Shown: in pieces, positions 45,001-55,883 of the stretch
How positions within the stretch are numbered: position 1 is the first letter of the stretch
Layout: the number at the start of each line of letters is the position of its first letter
Assembly (NCBI GenBank): GCA_964016885.1
Contig: OZ024741.1
Coordinates: 397,296,001 to 397,360,000 of the forward strand
Source: Eledone cirrhosa
Taxonomy: Eukaryota
DNA: 64,000 bases
Reading direction: 5' to 3'
The notes under the pieces: generated by a model
Seen by the model: the letters and a program-made list of their open reading frames with translations, nothing else
Database searches by the model: none
What the model was told of the DNA's origin: nothing
Position numbers and translations under genes: made by a program

Positions 45001-48000
45001 CTCACTACCTCCGTCTGTCTCACTCTCCCCATCTCTCACTTTCACTCACTACCTCCGTCTCTCTCCCTCTCCCATCTCTCTCTTTCACTCACTACCTCCG
45101 TCTGTCTCACTCACCCCTTCTCTCTCTTTCACTCACTTCCTCCGTCTCTCTCACTCTCCCTATCTCTCTCTTTCACTCACTACCTCCGTCTCTCTCACGC
45201 TCCCTACCTCTCTCTTTCACTCACTACCTCCGTCCCTCTCACTCTCCCCATCTCTCTTTTCACTCACTACCTCCGTCTCTCTCACTCTCCCCATCTCTCA
45301 CTTTCAATCACTACCTCCGTCTCTCTCACTCTCCCCATCTCTCTCTTTCACTCACTACCTCCGTCTCTCTAACTATCCCCATCTCTCTCTTTCACTCACT
45401 ACCTCCGTCTCTCTTACTCTCCCCATCTCTCTCTTTCACTCACTACCTCTGCCTCTCTTACTCTCCCTATCTCTCTCTTTCACTCACTAACTCCGTCTCT
45501 CTCACTCTCCCCATCTCTCTCTTTGACTCACTTCCTCCGTCTCTCTCACTCACCCCTTCTCTCTCTTTGACTCACTTCCTCCGTCTCTCTCACTCTCCCC
45601 ATTTCTCTCTTTCACTCACTACCTCCGTCTCTCTCACTCTCCCCATCTCTCTCTTTCACTCACTACCTCCGTCTCTCTCACGCTCCCCATTTCTCTCTAT
45701 CACTCACTACATCCGTCTCTCTCACTCTCCCCATCTCTCTCTTTCACTCACTAACTCTGTCTCTCTCACTCTCCCCATCTCTCTCTTTCACTCACTACCT
45801 CCGTTTCTCTCACTCTCCCCATCTCTCTCTTTCACTCGCTACCTCCATCTCTCTCATTCTCCCATCTCTCTCTTTCACTCACTACATCCGTCGCTCTCAC
45901 CCTCCCTATCTTTCTCTTTCACTCACTACCTGCGTCTCTCTCACTCTCCCATTTCTCACTTTCACTCACTACCTCCGTCTCTCTCACTCTCCCCATCTCT
46001 CTCTTTCACTCACTACCACCGTCATTCTTACTCTCCCCATCTCTCTCTTTCTCTCACTACCTCTGCCTCTCTTACTCTCCCTATCTCTCTCTTTCACTCA
46101 CTACCTCCATCTCTCTCACTCTCCCCATCTCTCCTTTCACTCACTACCTCCATCTCTCTCACTCTCTCCATCTCTCTCTTTCACTCACTACCTCCGTCTC
46201 TCTCACTGTCCCCATCTCTCTCTTTCACTCACTACCTCCGTCTCTCTCACTCTCCCCATCTCTCTTTTTCACTCACTACCTCCGTTTCTCTCACTCTCCC
46301 CATCTCTCTTTTCACTCACTACCTCCGTCTCTCTCACTCTTCCCATCTCTCTCTTTCACTCACTACCTCCGTATCTCTCACTCTCCCCATCTCTCACTTT
46401 CACTCACTACCTCCGTCTGTCTCACTCTCCCCATCTCTCACTTTCACTCACTACCTCCGTCTCTCTCCCTCTCCCATCTCTCTCTTTCACTCACTACCTC
46501 CGTTTCTCTCACTCTCCCCATCTCTCACTTTCACTCACTACCTCCATCTTTCTCACTCTCCCCATTTCTCTCTATCACTCACTACCTCCGTCTCTCTTAC
46601 TCTCCTTGTCTCTCTCTTTCACTCACTAACTCCGTCTCTCTCACTCACCCCTTCTCTCTCTTTCACTCACTACCTGCGTCTCTCTCACTCACCCTAGTTC
46701 TCTCTTTCACTCACTACCTCCGTCTCTCTCACTCTCCCCATCTCTCGCTTTCACTCACTACCTCCGTTTCTCTCACTCTCCCCATCTCTCACTTTCACTC
46801 ACTACCTCCATCTCTCTCACTCTCCCCATTTCTCTCTATCACTCACTACCTCCGTCTCTCTCACTCTCCCCGTCTCACTCTTTCACTCACTACCTTCGTC
46901 TCTCTCACTCTCCCCGTCTCTCTCTTTCACTCACTACCTCCGTCTCTCTCCCTCTCCTTATCTCTCTCTTTCACTCACTACCTACGTCTCTCTCACTCTC
47001 CCCATCTCTCTCTTTCACTCACTACCTCCGTCTCTCTCACTCTCCCCATCTCTCTCTTTCACTCACTACCTCCGTCTCTCTCACTCTTCCCGTCTCTCTC
47101 TTTCACTCACTACCTCCGTCTCTCTCACTCTCCCCATCTCTCTCTTTCACTCACTACCTCCGTCTCTCTCACTCTCCCCATCTCTCTTTTTCACTCACTA
47201 CCTCCGTCTCTCTCACTCTCCCCATCTCTCTCTTTCACTCACTACCTCCGTCTCTCTCACTCTCCCCGTCTCTCTCTTTCACTCACTACCTCCGTCTCTC
47301 TCACTCTCCCCATCTCTCTCTTTCACTCACTACCTCCGTCTCTCTCACTCTCCCCATCTCTCTTTTTCACTCACTACCTCCGTATCTCTCACTCTCCCCA
47401 TCTCTCACTTTCACTCACTACCTCCGTCTGTCTCACTCTCCCCATCTCTCACTTTCACTCACTACATCCGTCTCTCTCCCTCTCCCATCTCTCTCTCTTT
47501 CACTCACTACCTCCGTTTCTCTCACTCTCCCCATCTCTCACTTTCACTCACTACCTCCATCTTTCTCACTCTCCCCATTTCTCTCTATCACTCACTACCT
47601 CCGTCTCTCTTACTCTCCCCGTCTCTCTCTTTCACTCACTACCTTCGTCTCTCTCGCTCTCCCCATCTCTCACTTTCACTCACTACCTCCGTTTCTCTCA
47701 CTCTCCCCATCTCTCTCTTTCACTCACTACCTCCGTCTCTCTCACTCACCCCTTCTCTCTCTTTCACTCACTATCTGCGTCTCTCTCACTCACCCTAGTT
47801 CTCTCTTTCACTCACTACCTCCGTCTCTCTCACTCTCCCCATCTCTCGCTTTCACTCACTACCTACGTTTCTCTCACTCTCCCCATCTCTCACTTTCACT
47901 CACTACCTCCATCTCTCTCACTCTCCCCATTTCTCTCTATCACTCACTACCTCCGTCTCTCTCACTCTCCCCGTCTCACTCTTTCACTCACTACCTTCGT

Positions 48001-51000
48001 CTCTCTCACTCTCCCCGTCTCTCTCTTTCACTCACTACCTCCGTCTCTCTCCCTCTCCTCATCTCTCTCTTTCACTCACTAACTACGTCTCTCTCACTCT
48101 CCCCATCTCTCTCTTTCACTCACTACCTCCGTCTCTCTCACTCTCCCCATCTCTCTCTTTCACTCACTACCTCCGTCTCTCTCACTCTCCCCGTCTCTCT
48201 CTTTCACTCACTACCTCCGTCTCTCTCACTCTCCCCATCTATCTCTTTCACTCACTACCTCCGTCTCTCTCACTCTCCCCGTCCCTCTCTTTCACTCACT
48301 ACCTCCATCTTTCTCACTCTCCCCATTTCTCTCTATCACTCACTACCTCCGTCTCTCTTACTCTCCCCGTCTCTCTCTTTCACTCACTACCTTTGTCTCT
48401 CTCGCTCTCCCCATCTCTCTCTTTCACTCACTACCTCCGTCTCTCTCACGCTCCCCATTTCTCTCTATCACTCACTACATCCGTCTCTCTCACTCTCCCC
48501 ATCTCTCTCTTTCACTCACTAACTCTGTCTCTCTCACTCTCCCCATCTCTCTCTTTCACTCACTACCTCCGTTTCTCTCACTCTCCCCATCTCTCTCTTT
48601 CACTCGCTACCTCCATCTCTCTCATTCTCCCATCTCTCTCTTTCACTCACTACATCCGTCGCTCTCACCCTCCCTATCTTTCTCTTTCACTCACTACCTG
48701 CGTCTCTCTCACTCTCCCATTTCTCACTTTCACTCACTACCTCCGTCTCTCTCACTCTCCCCATCTCTCTCTTTCACTCACTACCACCGTCATTCTTACT
48801 CTCCCCATCTCTCTCTTTCTCTCACTACCTCTGCCTCTCTTACTCTCCCTATCTCTCTCTTTCACTCACTACCTCCATCTCTCTCACTCTCCCCATCTCT
48901 CCTTTCACTCACTACCTCCATCTCTCTCACTCTCTCCATCTCTCTCTTTCACTCACTACCTCCGTCTCTCTCACTCTCCCCATCTCTCTCTTTCACTCAC
49001 TACCTCCGTCTCTCTCACTCTCCCCATCTCTCTTTTTCACTCACTACCTCCGTTTCTCTCACTCTCCCCATCTCTCTTTTCACTCACTACCTCCGTCTCT
49101 CTCACTCTTCCCATCTCTCTCTTTCACTCACTACCTCCGTATCTCTCACTCTCCCCATCTCTCACTTTCACTCACTACCTCCGTCTGTCTCACTCTCCCC
49201 ATCTCTCACTTTCACTCACTACCTCCGTCTCTCTCCCTCTCCCATCTCTCTCTTTCACTCACTACCTCCGTTTCTCTCACTTTCCCCATCTCTCACTTTC
49301 ACTCACTACCTCCATCTTTCTCACTCTCCCCATTTCTCTCTATCACTCACTACCTCCGTCTCTCTTACTCTCCTTGTCTCTCTCTTTCACTCACTAACTC
49401 CGTCTCTCTCACTCACCCCTTCTCTCTCTTTCACTCACTACCTGCGTCTCTCTCACTCACCCTAGTTCTCTCTTTCACTCACTACCTCCGTCTCTCTCAC
49501 TCTCCCCATCTCTCGCTTTCACTCACTACCTCCGTTTCTCTCACTCTCCCCATCTCTCACTTTCACTCACTACCTCCATCTCTCTCACTCTCCCCATTTC
49601 TCTCTATCACTCACTACCTCCGTCTCTCTCACTCTCCCCGTCTCACTCTTTCACTCACTACCTTCGTCTCTCTCACTCTCCCCGTCTCTCTCTTTCACTC
49701 ACTACCTCCGTCTCTCTCCCTCTCCTTATCTCTCTCTTTCACTCACTACCTACGTCTCTCTCACTCTCCCCATCTCTCTCTTTCACTCACTACCTCCGTC
49801 TCTCTCACTCTCCCCATCTCTCTCTTTCACTCACTACCTCCGTCTCTCTCACTCTTCCCGTCTCTCTCTTTCACTCACTACCTCCGTCTCTCTCACTCTC
49901 CCCATCTCTCTCTTTCACTCACTACCTCCGTCTCTCTCACTCTCCCCATCTCTCTTTTTCACTCACTACCTCCGTCTCTCTCACTCTCCCCATCTCTCTC
50001 TTTCACTCACTACCTCCGTCTCTCTCACTCTCCCCGTCTCTCTCTTTCACTCACTACCTCCGTCTCTCTCACTCTCCCCATCTCTCTCTTTCACTCACTA
50101 CCTCCGTCTCTCTCACTCTCCCCATCTCTCTTTTTCACTCACTACCTCCGTATCTCTCACTCTCCCCATCTCTCACTTTCACTCACTACCTCCGTCTGTC
50201 TCACTCTCCCCATCTCTCACTTTCACTCACTACCTCCGTCTCTCTCCCTCTCCCATCTCTCTCTTTCACTCACTACCTCCGTTTCTCTCACTCTCCCCAT
50301 CTCTCACTTTCACTCACTACCTCCATCTTTCTCACTCTCCCCATTTCTCTCTATCACTCACTACCTCCGTCTCTCTTACTCTCCCCGTCTCTCTCTTTCA
50401 CTCACTACCTTCGTCTCTCTCGCTCTCCCCATCTCTCACTTTCACTCACTACCTCCGTTTCTCTCACTCTCCCCATCTCTCTCTTTCACTCACTACCTCC
50501 GTCTCTCTCACTCACCCCTTCTCTCTCTTTCACTCACTATCTGCGTCTCTCTCACTCACCCTAGTTCTCTCTTTCACTCACTACCTCCGTCTCTCTCACT
50601 CTCCCCATCTCTCGCTTTCACTCACTACCTACGTTTCTCTCACTCTCCCCATCTCTCACTTTCACTCACTACCTCCATCTCTCTCACTCTCCCCATTTCT
50701 CTCTATCACTCACTACCTCCGTCTCTCTCACTCTCCCCGTCTCACTCTTTCACTCACTACCTTCGTCTCTCTCACTCTCCCCGTCTCTCTCTTTCACTCA
50801 CTACCTCCGTCTCTCTCCCTCTCCTCATCTCTCTCTTTCACTCACTAACTACGTCTCTCTCACTCTCCCCATCTCTCTCTTTCACTCACTACCTCCGTCT
50901 CTCTCACTCTCCCCATCTCTCTCTTTCACTCACTACCTCCGTCTCTCTCACTCTCCCCGTCTCTCTCTTTCACTCACTACCTCCGTCTCTCTCACTCTCC

Positions 51001-51584
51001 CCATCTATCTCTTTCACTCACTACCTCCGTCTCTCTCACTCTCCCCGTCCCTCTCTTTCACTCACTACCTCCATCTTTCTCACTCTCCCCATTTCTCTCT
51101 ATCACTCACTACCTCCGTCTCTCTTACTCTCCCCGTCTCTCTCTTTCACTCACTACCTTTGTCTCTCTCGCTCTCCCCATCTCTCACTTTCACTCACTAC
51201 CTCCGTTTCTCTCACTCTCCCCATCTCTCTCTTTCACTCACTACCTCCGTCTCTCTCACTCACCCCTTCTCTCTCTTTCACTCACTACCTGCGTCTCTCT
51301 CACTCACCCTAGTTCTCTCTTTCACTCACTACCTGCGTCTCTCTCACTCTCCCCATCTCTCGCTTTCGCTCACTACCTCCGTTTCTCTCACTCTCCCCAT
51401 CTCTCACTTTCACTCACTACCTCCATCTCTCTCACTCTCCCCATTTCTCTCTATCACTCACTACCTCCGTCTCTCTCACTCTCCCCGTCTCACTCTTTCA
51501 CTCACTACCTTCGTCTCTCTCACTCTCCCCGTCTCTCTCTTTCACTCACTACCTCCGTCTCTCTCACTCTCCCCGTCTCTCACT
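1..51584. repeat. Tandem satellite array, 44-bp unit (CTCTCTTTCACTCACTACCTCCGTCTCTCTCACTCTCCCCATCT), roughly 1,150-1,200 copies, open at the left window edge
   Basis: The unit can be read directly throughout. It has 38/44 pyrimidines, 5 A and one G (in a CpG), and is built from two related TCTCTC..CACTC subunits (about 26+18 bp). Orientation is the same everywhere. It ends abruptly at ...CCCCGTCTCTCACT|ATTATAAAG. Copy number is estimated as length/44. Confidence 0.98.
28488..28552. repeat. 13-bp sub-repeat (CTCTCTTTCACTT) x5 embedded in the 44-bp satellite
   Basis: Five head-to-tail copies start at 28488, 28501, 28514 (one mismatch), 28527 and 28540. The unit corresponds to the first part of the 44-bp monomer. 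Confidence 0.9.
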
Positions 51585-51696
51585 ATTATAAAGAAGTCTC
51601 GACAGAAAGAAAAGAAGGTTTCCTCACATTCAAGTAAGAAAGGGTTTTATATTGTTAATTACAATCGACCACAGTTGTTGATTATTTTGTTGTGGA

Positions 51697-51850
51697 AGGC
51701 GGAGGATTGCCAGTATCGGTAGATCGGCCGGACGCCATGCGTTGCAGCATAGAGTTACGCCCCTTTACTACCTGAGTCCAAATCCCTCCAAGGTTAACTT
51801 TGCCTTTCATCCTTACGGGGACGATAAAATAAAGTACCAGTTATGCTGGC
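51697..51850 (+). mobile_element. Degenerate tRNA-derived SINE fragment (octopus-type SINE by recollection)
   Basis: It starts with GGCGG and has a decayed B-box-like GAGTCCAAATCC, followed by AACTTTGCCTTTCATCCTTACGGGGACGATAAAATAAAGTACCAGT. That segment resembles from memory the conserved central domain of abundant octopus SINEs (GACTTTGCCTTTCATCCTTTCGGGGTCGATAAA..AAGTACCAGT). Not database-checked. Confidence 0.6.
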
Positions 51851-52144
51851 CTTGTCGAAGTCTTTAACAAATAATTTCTCTTACAATTTTGAAGCAACTA
51901 CTTAAGTATTTGTTCCTAGTTTGGTGACGTCATTGTCCCATATCGGTGATGTGTTGGTGTAATAGTAACACAATGGTCTGGATAACCAAAGATGTATGTT
52001 CGACTCCCATGTACGTCAATACTCATCTTTTTGTCCATTTCTTAGAGGGTTCTAAACCCCACTATCAGGCTAACATTTCTTTAGTAAAAAAAATACGGCG
52101 AAAGCTTCTATTTCTAATTTCAAACTCGCTCGCGGTTTCAAAAT

Positions 52145-52200
52145 ATACATACATACATACATACATACATACATACATACATACATACATACATACATAC
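52145..52200. repeat. (ATAC)n microsatellite, about 14 units; tail of RTE stub
   Basis: Perfect tetranucleotide run directly abutting ATGATGATGGCTGCCCCCTCG. Confidence 0.97.
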
Positions 52201-52244
52201 ATGATGATGGCTGCCCCCTCGTTATCGAGTATGACCATTGCACG
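52201..52244 (-). mobile_element. Extremely 5'-truncated RTE-clade LINE copy (3'-terminal 44 bp only), candidate 6-bp TSD ATATAC
   Basis: Near-identical to the termini at 52598 and 62356 (minus strand CGTGCAATGG[T/C]CATACTCGATAACGAGGGGGCAGCCATCAT). ATATAC occurs at 52143-52148 and 52245-52250. Confidence 0.8.
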
Positions 52245-52399
52245 ATATACCATTATTAATAATGATTACTTATTTTATCATGCAATGCCTGTGCGTGAAA
52301 ATTTTTTTTAAGTGAGGAAAGACTGTGCACTGAGCCAATCCCACTCTTTGAGCGACAGTAGCTATAATCCGAAAAGAAGAAAAGATCAACATCATCGGT

Positions 52400-52530
52400 A
52401 ACGATTGAGCCGCAGGTTTTCTGTCGGAGTTGTCCCAGTTTCCTTAGTTGCCTTCTCCTAGAAGAATGCCCTGACAAAGGCTAGGGGTCCTTCACTCCCA
52501 GTGGTTTAACCGTGCGATCGGGTATCCAGC
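52400..52530 (-). mobile_element. Possible fragment of another retroelement (RTE-type 5'-region or SINE-like motif)
   Basis: The minus strand reads CCTAGCCTTTGTCAGGGCATTCTTCTAGGAGAAGGCAACT, with a CCTAG/CTAGG stem. This recalls from memory the CTAGGAGAAGG(A/C)AACT motif seen in RTE-related repeats. Boundaries are uncertain. Confidence 0.3.
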
Positions 52531-52597
52531 CAGACTATTCTATGTCCCCGCGTAAATAGATACACATGCACACATGCATATACATATATATATATAC

Positions 52598-52712
52598 ATG
52601 ATGGCTGCCCCCTCGTTATCGAGTATGGCCATTGCCATTGCACGAAAAAAAAAAATAAATAAATAAATAAAAAAAATAAAAAAAAAAATAAATAAATAAA
52701 TAAATAAAATAA

Positions 52713-52774
<62 letters not shown>
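52598..52774 (-). mobile_element. RTE copy 1, detached 3'-terminal part of the 3' UTR (split off by the Dong-like insertion)
   Basis: It has the same terminus plus A-rich/(TAA)n tract as the intact copy at 62356-62445, and is collinear with 55606-55883 once 52775-55605 is removed. Confidence 0.85.
52715..52774. repeat. (TAA)20 microsatellite, left flank of RLE element 1
   Basis: Perfect run ending exactly where the element's reading frame (GCT AAA GTC..., AKVTTHLCG) begins. Confidence 0.97.
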
Positions 52775-54652
52775 GCTAAAGTCACCACTCACTTATGTGG
52801 AGTGAAGATGAAAAAACAAAGGAATTCCCACAAGAAATCTACTTGGCAAGAGAACATCAATCGCCAAATAAACCTTCTCCGATCTGACATAGAAATTTTA
52901 ACAAACTATAAAGTAGGTGAACATGTTAAACAAACTAAACTTAGAAAATTGAAAAAAAAGTACAGTATAAAATCAACATGTGACATAGACATGCTGATAG
53001 AAATAATCAAGCAAAAAGTGTCGGCCAAAGCTGCTCGTATAAGGCGCTTTGAAAAACGATCTAGATTCTATAAGGACAATAATATGTTCAAAAACAACCA
53101 AAGAAACTTCTACAGAAAAATTGGTAAGTGCAAGGAGGAAGTGCAAGAATTCTGGGAAAAGATCTGGGCCGAAGAAAAAGTTCATAACATACATGCCCCA
53201 TGGATAGACAGACAAATGAAAGATACAGCTCACCTTGAGGAACAAACATGGGAAAATATAACAGTTGAACAGTTGCGCTTGGCTCTAAGAAAAACCAGCA
53301 AATGGAAATCCCCAGGAAAAGACAAAATACAAAACTTTTGGATAAATGCCTTCACAGAGTCTCATGAGCTGTTAGCCCAACTTTACAATGAAATAGTTAA
53401 GGAGCCAGAAAAGATACCTTCATGGCTAGTTAACGGCATTACATTCCTGCTTCCGAAGAATGATGAGACAAACAATCCCAAAAATTACAGACCGATAACT
53501 TGCTTGACCACAATGTATAAAATGTTAACATCAGTCCTAACTGAATACACATATGACCACCTGATAACAAATGACCTATTTCCCATTGAGCAGAAAGGGT
53601 GTAAACAAGGCTCATATGGCTGTAAGGATCAGCTTCTGGTTAACAAAATGATACTGGAAGATTGTCATAATAGACACACAAATTTATCGATTGCTTGGAT
53701 AGATTATAAAAAAGCATTTGATAGTTTGCCACACAGTTGGATTGAAAAATGTTTAGAGATTTTCAAAGTATCCTCCGTTGTCAGGAGGTTTTTGTCATTC
53801 AGTATGAAGACATGGAAAACGACACTCCTTTTGAATAGTGAAACAAAATCACTGGAAGCTGGAGAAGTTAATATTAAGTGTGGAATTTTTCAGGGTGACT
53901 CTTTATCACCGCTTTTATTCTGCATCGCACTTATACCATTAAGTAAAATGCTCAACGAAACAAAACATGGATATAAAGTCTATGACAAAACCATTAATCA
54001 CCTGTTCTACATGGATGACCTGAAACTATTTGCAAAAAATGATGAACAATTGCAAGGGCTATTATCCACTGTGAAGCAGTTCAGTGATGACATTAAAATG
54101 GAGTTTGGACTAGATAAATGCGCCAAAGTAACGTTCACCAGAGGAAAGCTGCTGAAGAGTTCAGACATTAATCTTGATCGCGGGAACGTGATAAGAGAAC
54201 TTGATCAAGAAAAAACTTACAAATATCTAGGTGTTTGTGAAGGAGACGGAATCAAGCACTCGACAATGAGGGAAAGGATAAGGAAGGAATGTTACCGCAG
54301 AGTGAGAGCAATCTTAAAAACGGAATTGAATGCAAGGAATAGGATAGATGCCATAAACACGCTTGCCATACCAGTAGTAACCTACAGTTACAATGTCATC
54401 AACTGGTCAAGCACAGAGATCCGTAGGCTCGATACAAAAATTCGAAAATTCTTAACCATGCACAGAATGCATCACCCTAAAGCAGATATAGATAGAATAT
54501 ATCTCCCTAGGAAAGAAGGAGGACGTGGGTTAATCCAGTTAGACATTGCGTTGAAAACTGCAACAATTGGATTATCTACATATCTAAGGGAATCACATGA
54601 TTGGATGATCAAACTGCTGAAATGGAAAACACAGAAAAAGCAAAGCAGGTAA
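52775..54652 (+). pseudogene. Reverse transcriptase portion of RLE element 1 (5'-truncated, frameshift/deletion near 54620)
   Basis: Motifs KSPGKD, NYRPITCL, QKGC, WIDYKKAFDSLPH, GIFQGDSLSPLLF, LFYMDDLKL, YKYLG and GGRGL lie in ORF 52802-54652. The frame is open back to 52775. Confidence 0.92.
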
Positions 54653-55461
54653 AAGTAACTGCAAAGAAAGAACTGCTACAGAAACTGGCTAAGAAATGGC
54701 AAGAAAAGCCTCTGTATGGAAAATACCCAGAGCGAGCTAACAATCCTGATGTTGACAAAACTTTAACCCATCAGTGGTTGGCATCCTCTGGACTGAAATC
54801 GGAGACTGAAGGACTGATTATATCGGCACAAGATCAGTGTCTGCCAACAAAAAAATACCAATCCAACATAATAAAAAATGGGTGCAGCCCATTATGCCGT
54901 GTATGCAAAAAACAACCAGAGACCATTGACCATATAGTTTCAATGTGCAGTCCTATAGCTCCAACCGAATACCTAAACAGGCATGACAGAGCTGCACAAT
55001 ACATACATTGGATAATGTGTAAGCATTTTGACCTGCCCCATCAAAAGAATTGGTGGGAGCATCAACCACCTCCCATACTTGAAAAAGATCACATCTCAAT
55101 CTTGTGGAACTTTAGCATCCAAACAGACCGAAAAATAGATGCAAACAGACCTGATATAATATTGAAAGACTTTCAAAAGAGGGTATGCCTGCTAAATGAT
55201 ATGTCTGTTCCAATAGACAAGAATGTATCTATAAAAACATTTGAAAAATTGAGCAAGTATAAGGACCTGGAGATAGAAATTGGAAAAATGTGGAAATTGA
55301 TAACTAAAACAATACCAGTGGTTGTAGGCGCTCTGGGAATGATACCTAAGGGGTCTAATGATTACATATCGCAAATCCCAGGAAACCCGCGTATAGGAGA
55401 AATACAAAAGATAGTACTAATGGGAACTGCCCATATACTAAGGAAGATTCTGTCAATATAA
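54601..55461 (+). pseudogene. C-terminal CCHC zinc knuckle and restriction-like endonuclease of RLE element 1
   Basis: CRVC-x8-H-x4-C, RHD, RPD...D and K..KY.DL motifs are present, and the ORF ends with MGTAHILRKILSI*. Confidence 0.92.
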
Positions 55462-55605
55462 GTACATCACAAGTCTAAACACTAAAGATGCATGTGTGAA
55501 TATGTATGTTCTTTCTTGAACATGGCGGACCTTGTTGTCTCTTGAGGTCACTGGTTGTGACTTGGTGATAACTCGTATGAACATGAAGCAAGATAAATGC
55601 AACTG

Positions 55606-55636
<31 letters not shown>

Positions 55637-55643
55637 AAAAAAG

Positions 55644-55680
<37 letters not shown>

Positions 55681-55883
55681 CATACATATATACATACACA
55701 CATACATACACACACACATATACACACGCATACATTAATAACAATAATAATAATAATAGCAATAATAATAGCAATAATAATAATAACGACAACAACAATA
55801 ATAATATACATATTCATATATATATACACACACACGCACGCACATAAGCATATCTACACACACACACACACACACGATAGCAA
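55606..55883. repeat. Compound microsatellite (TAA/A-run/TA/TACA/CA/TAA/CAA/TA/CA) forming the RTE 3' UTR
   Basis: The same order of repeat blocks and unique anchors (ACATTAATAACAATAATA, ACGACAACAACAATAATAATATACAT, AAGCATATCTACACAC, GATAGCAACTAAC) recurs at about 62425-62690. Confidence 0.9.

Larger units (their letters stand above)
52775..55605 (+). mobile_element. 5'-truncated R4/Dong-clade non-LTR retrotransposon (RT + CCHC + RLE) inserted in (TAA)n
   Basis: It carries RT and RLE motifs and a 144-bp 3' UTR with a GTCAC-TGGTT-GTGAC hairpin. It is flanked by (TAA)20 on the left and (TAA)7 on the right. TAA-repeat targeting is the known behaviour of Dong elements of the R4 clade. Clade assignment is by motif recognition only. 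Confidence 0.88.

Noticed and set aside
1-51584. CRISPR-like array
   Set aside because: Repeats are head-to-tail with no unique spacers, no cas genes are present, and the context is eukaryotic.
1-51584. Telomeric repeat
   Set aside because: There is no TTAGGG/CCCTAA or other short telomere unit; the period is 44 bp.
532-51722. Very long Ser/Leu/His/Pro/Thr ORFs as mucin-like or structural protein genes
   Set aside because: They overlap in all three frames, give the same peptide cycle, mostly start at TTG/GTG or rare variant ATGs, and follow from a 44-bp unit lacking TAA/TAG/TGA. There is no signal peptide, domain or codon-phase conservation.
52400-52560. HDV-like or twister ribozyme
   Set aside because: A short stem is present, but I could not find the nested pseudoknot or catalytic consensus by eye. 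A covariance-model search would be needed.
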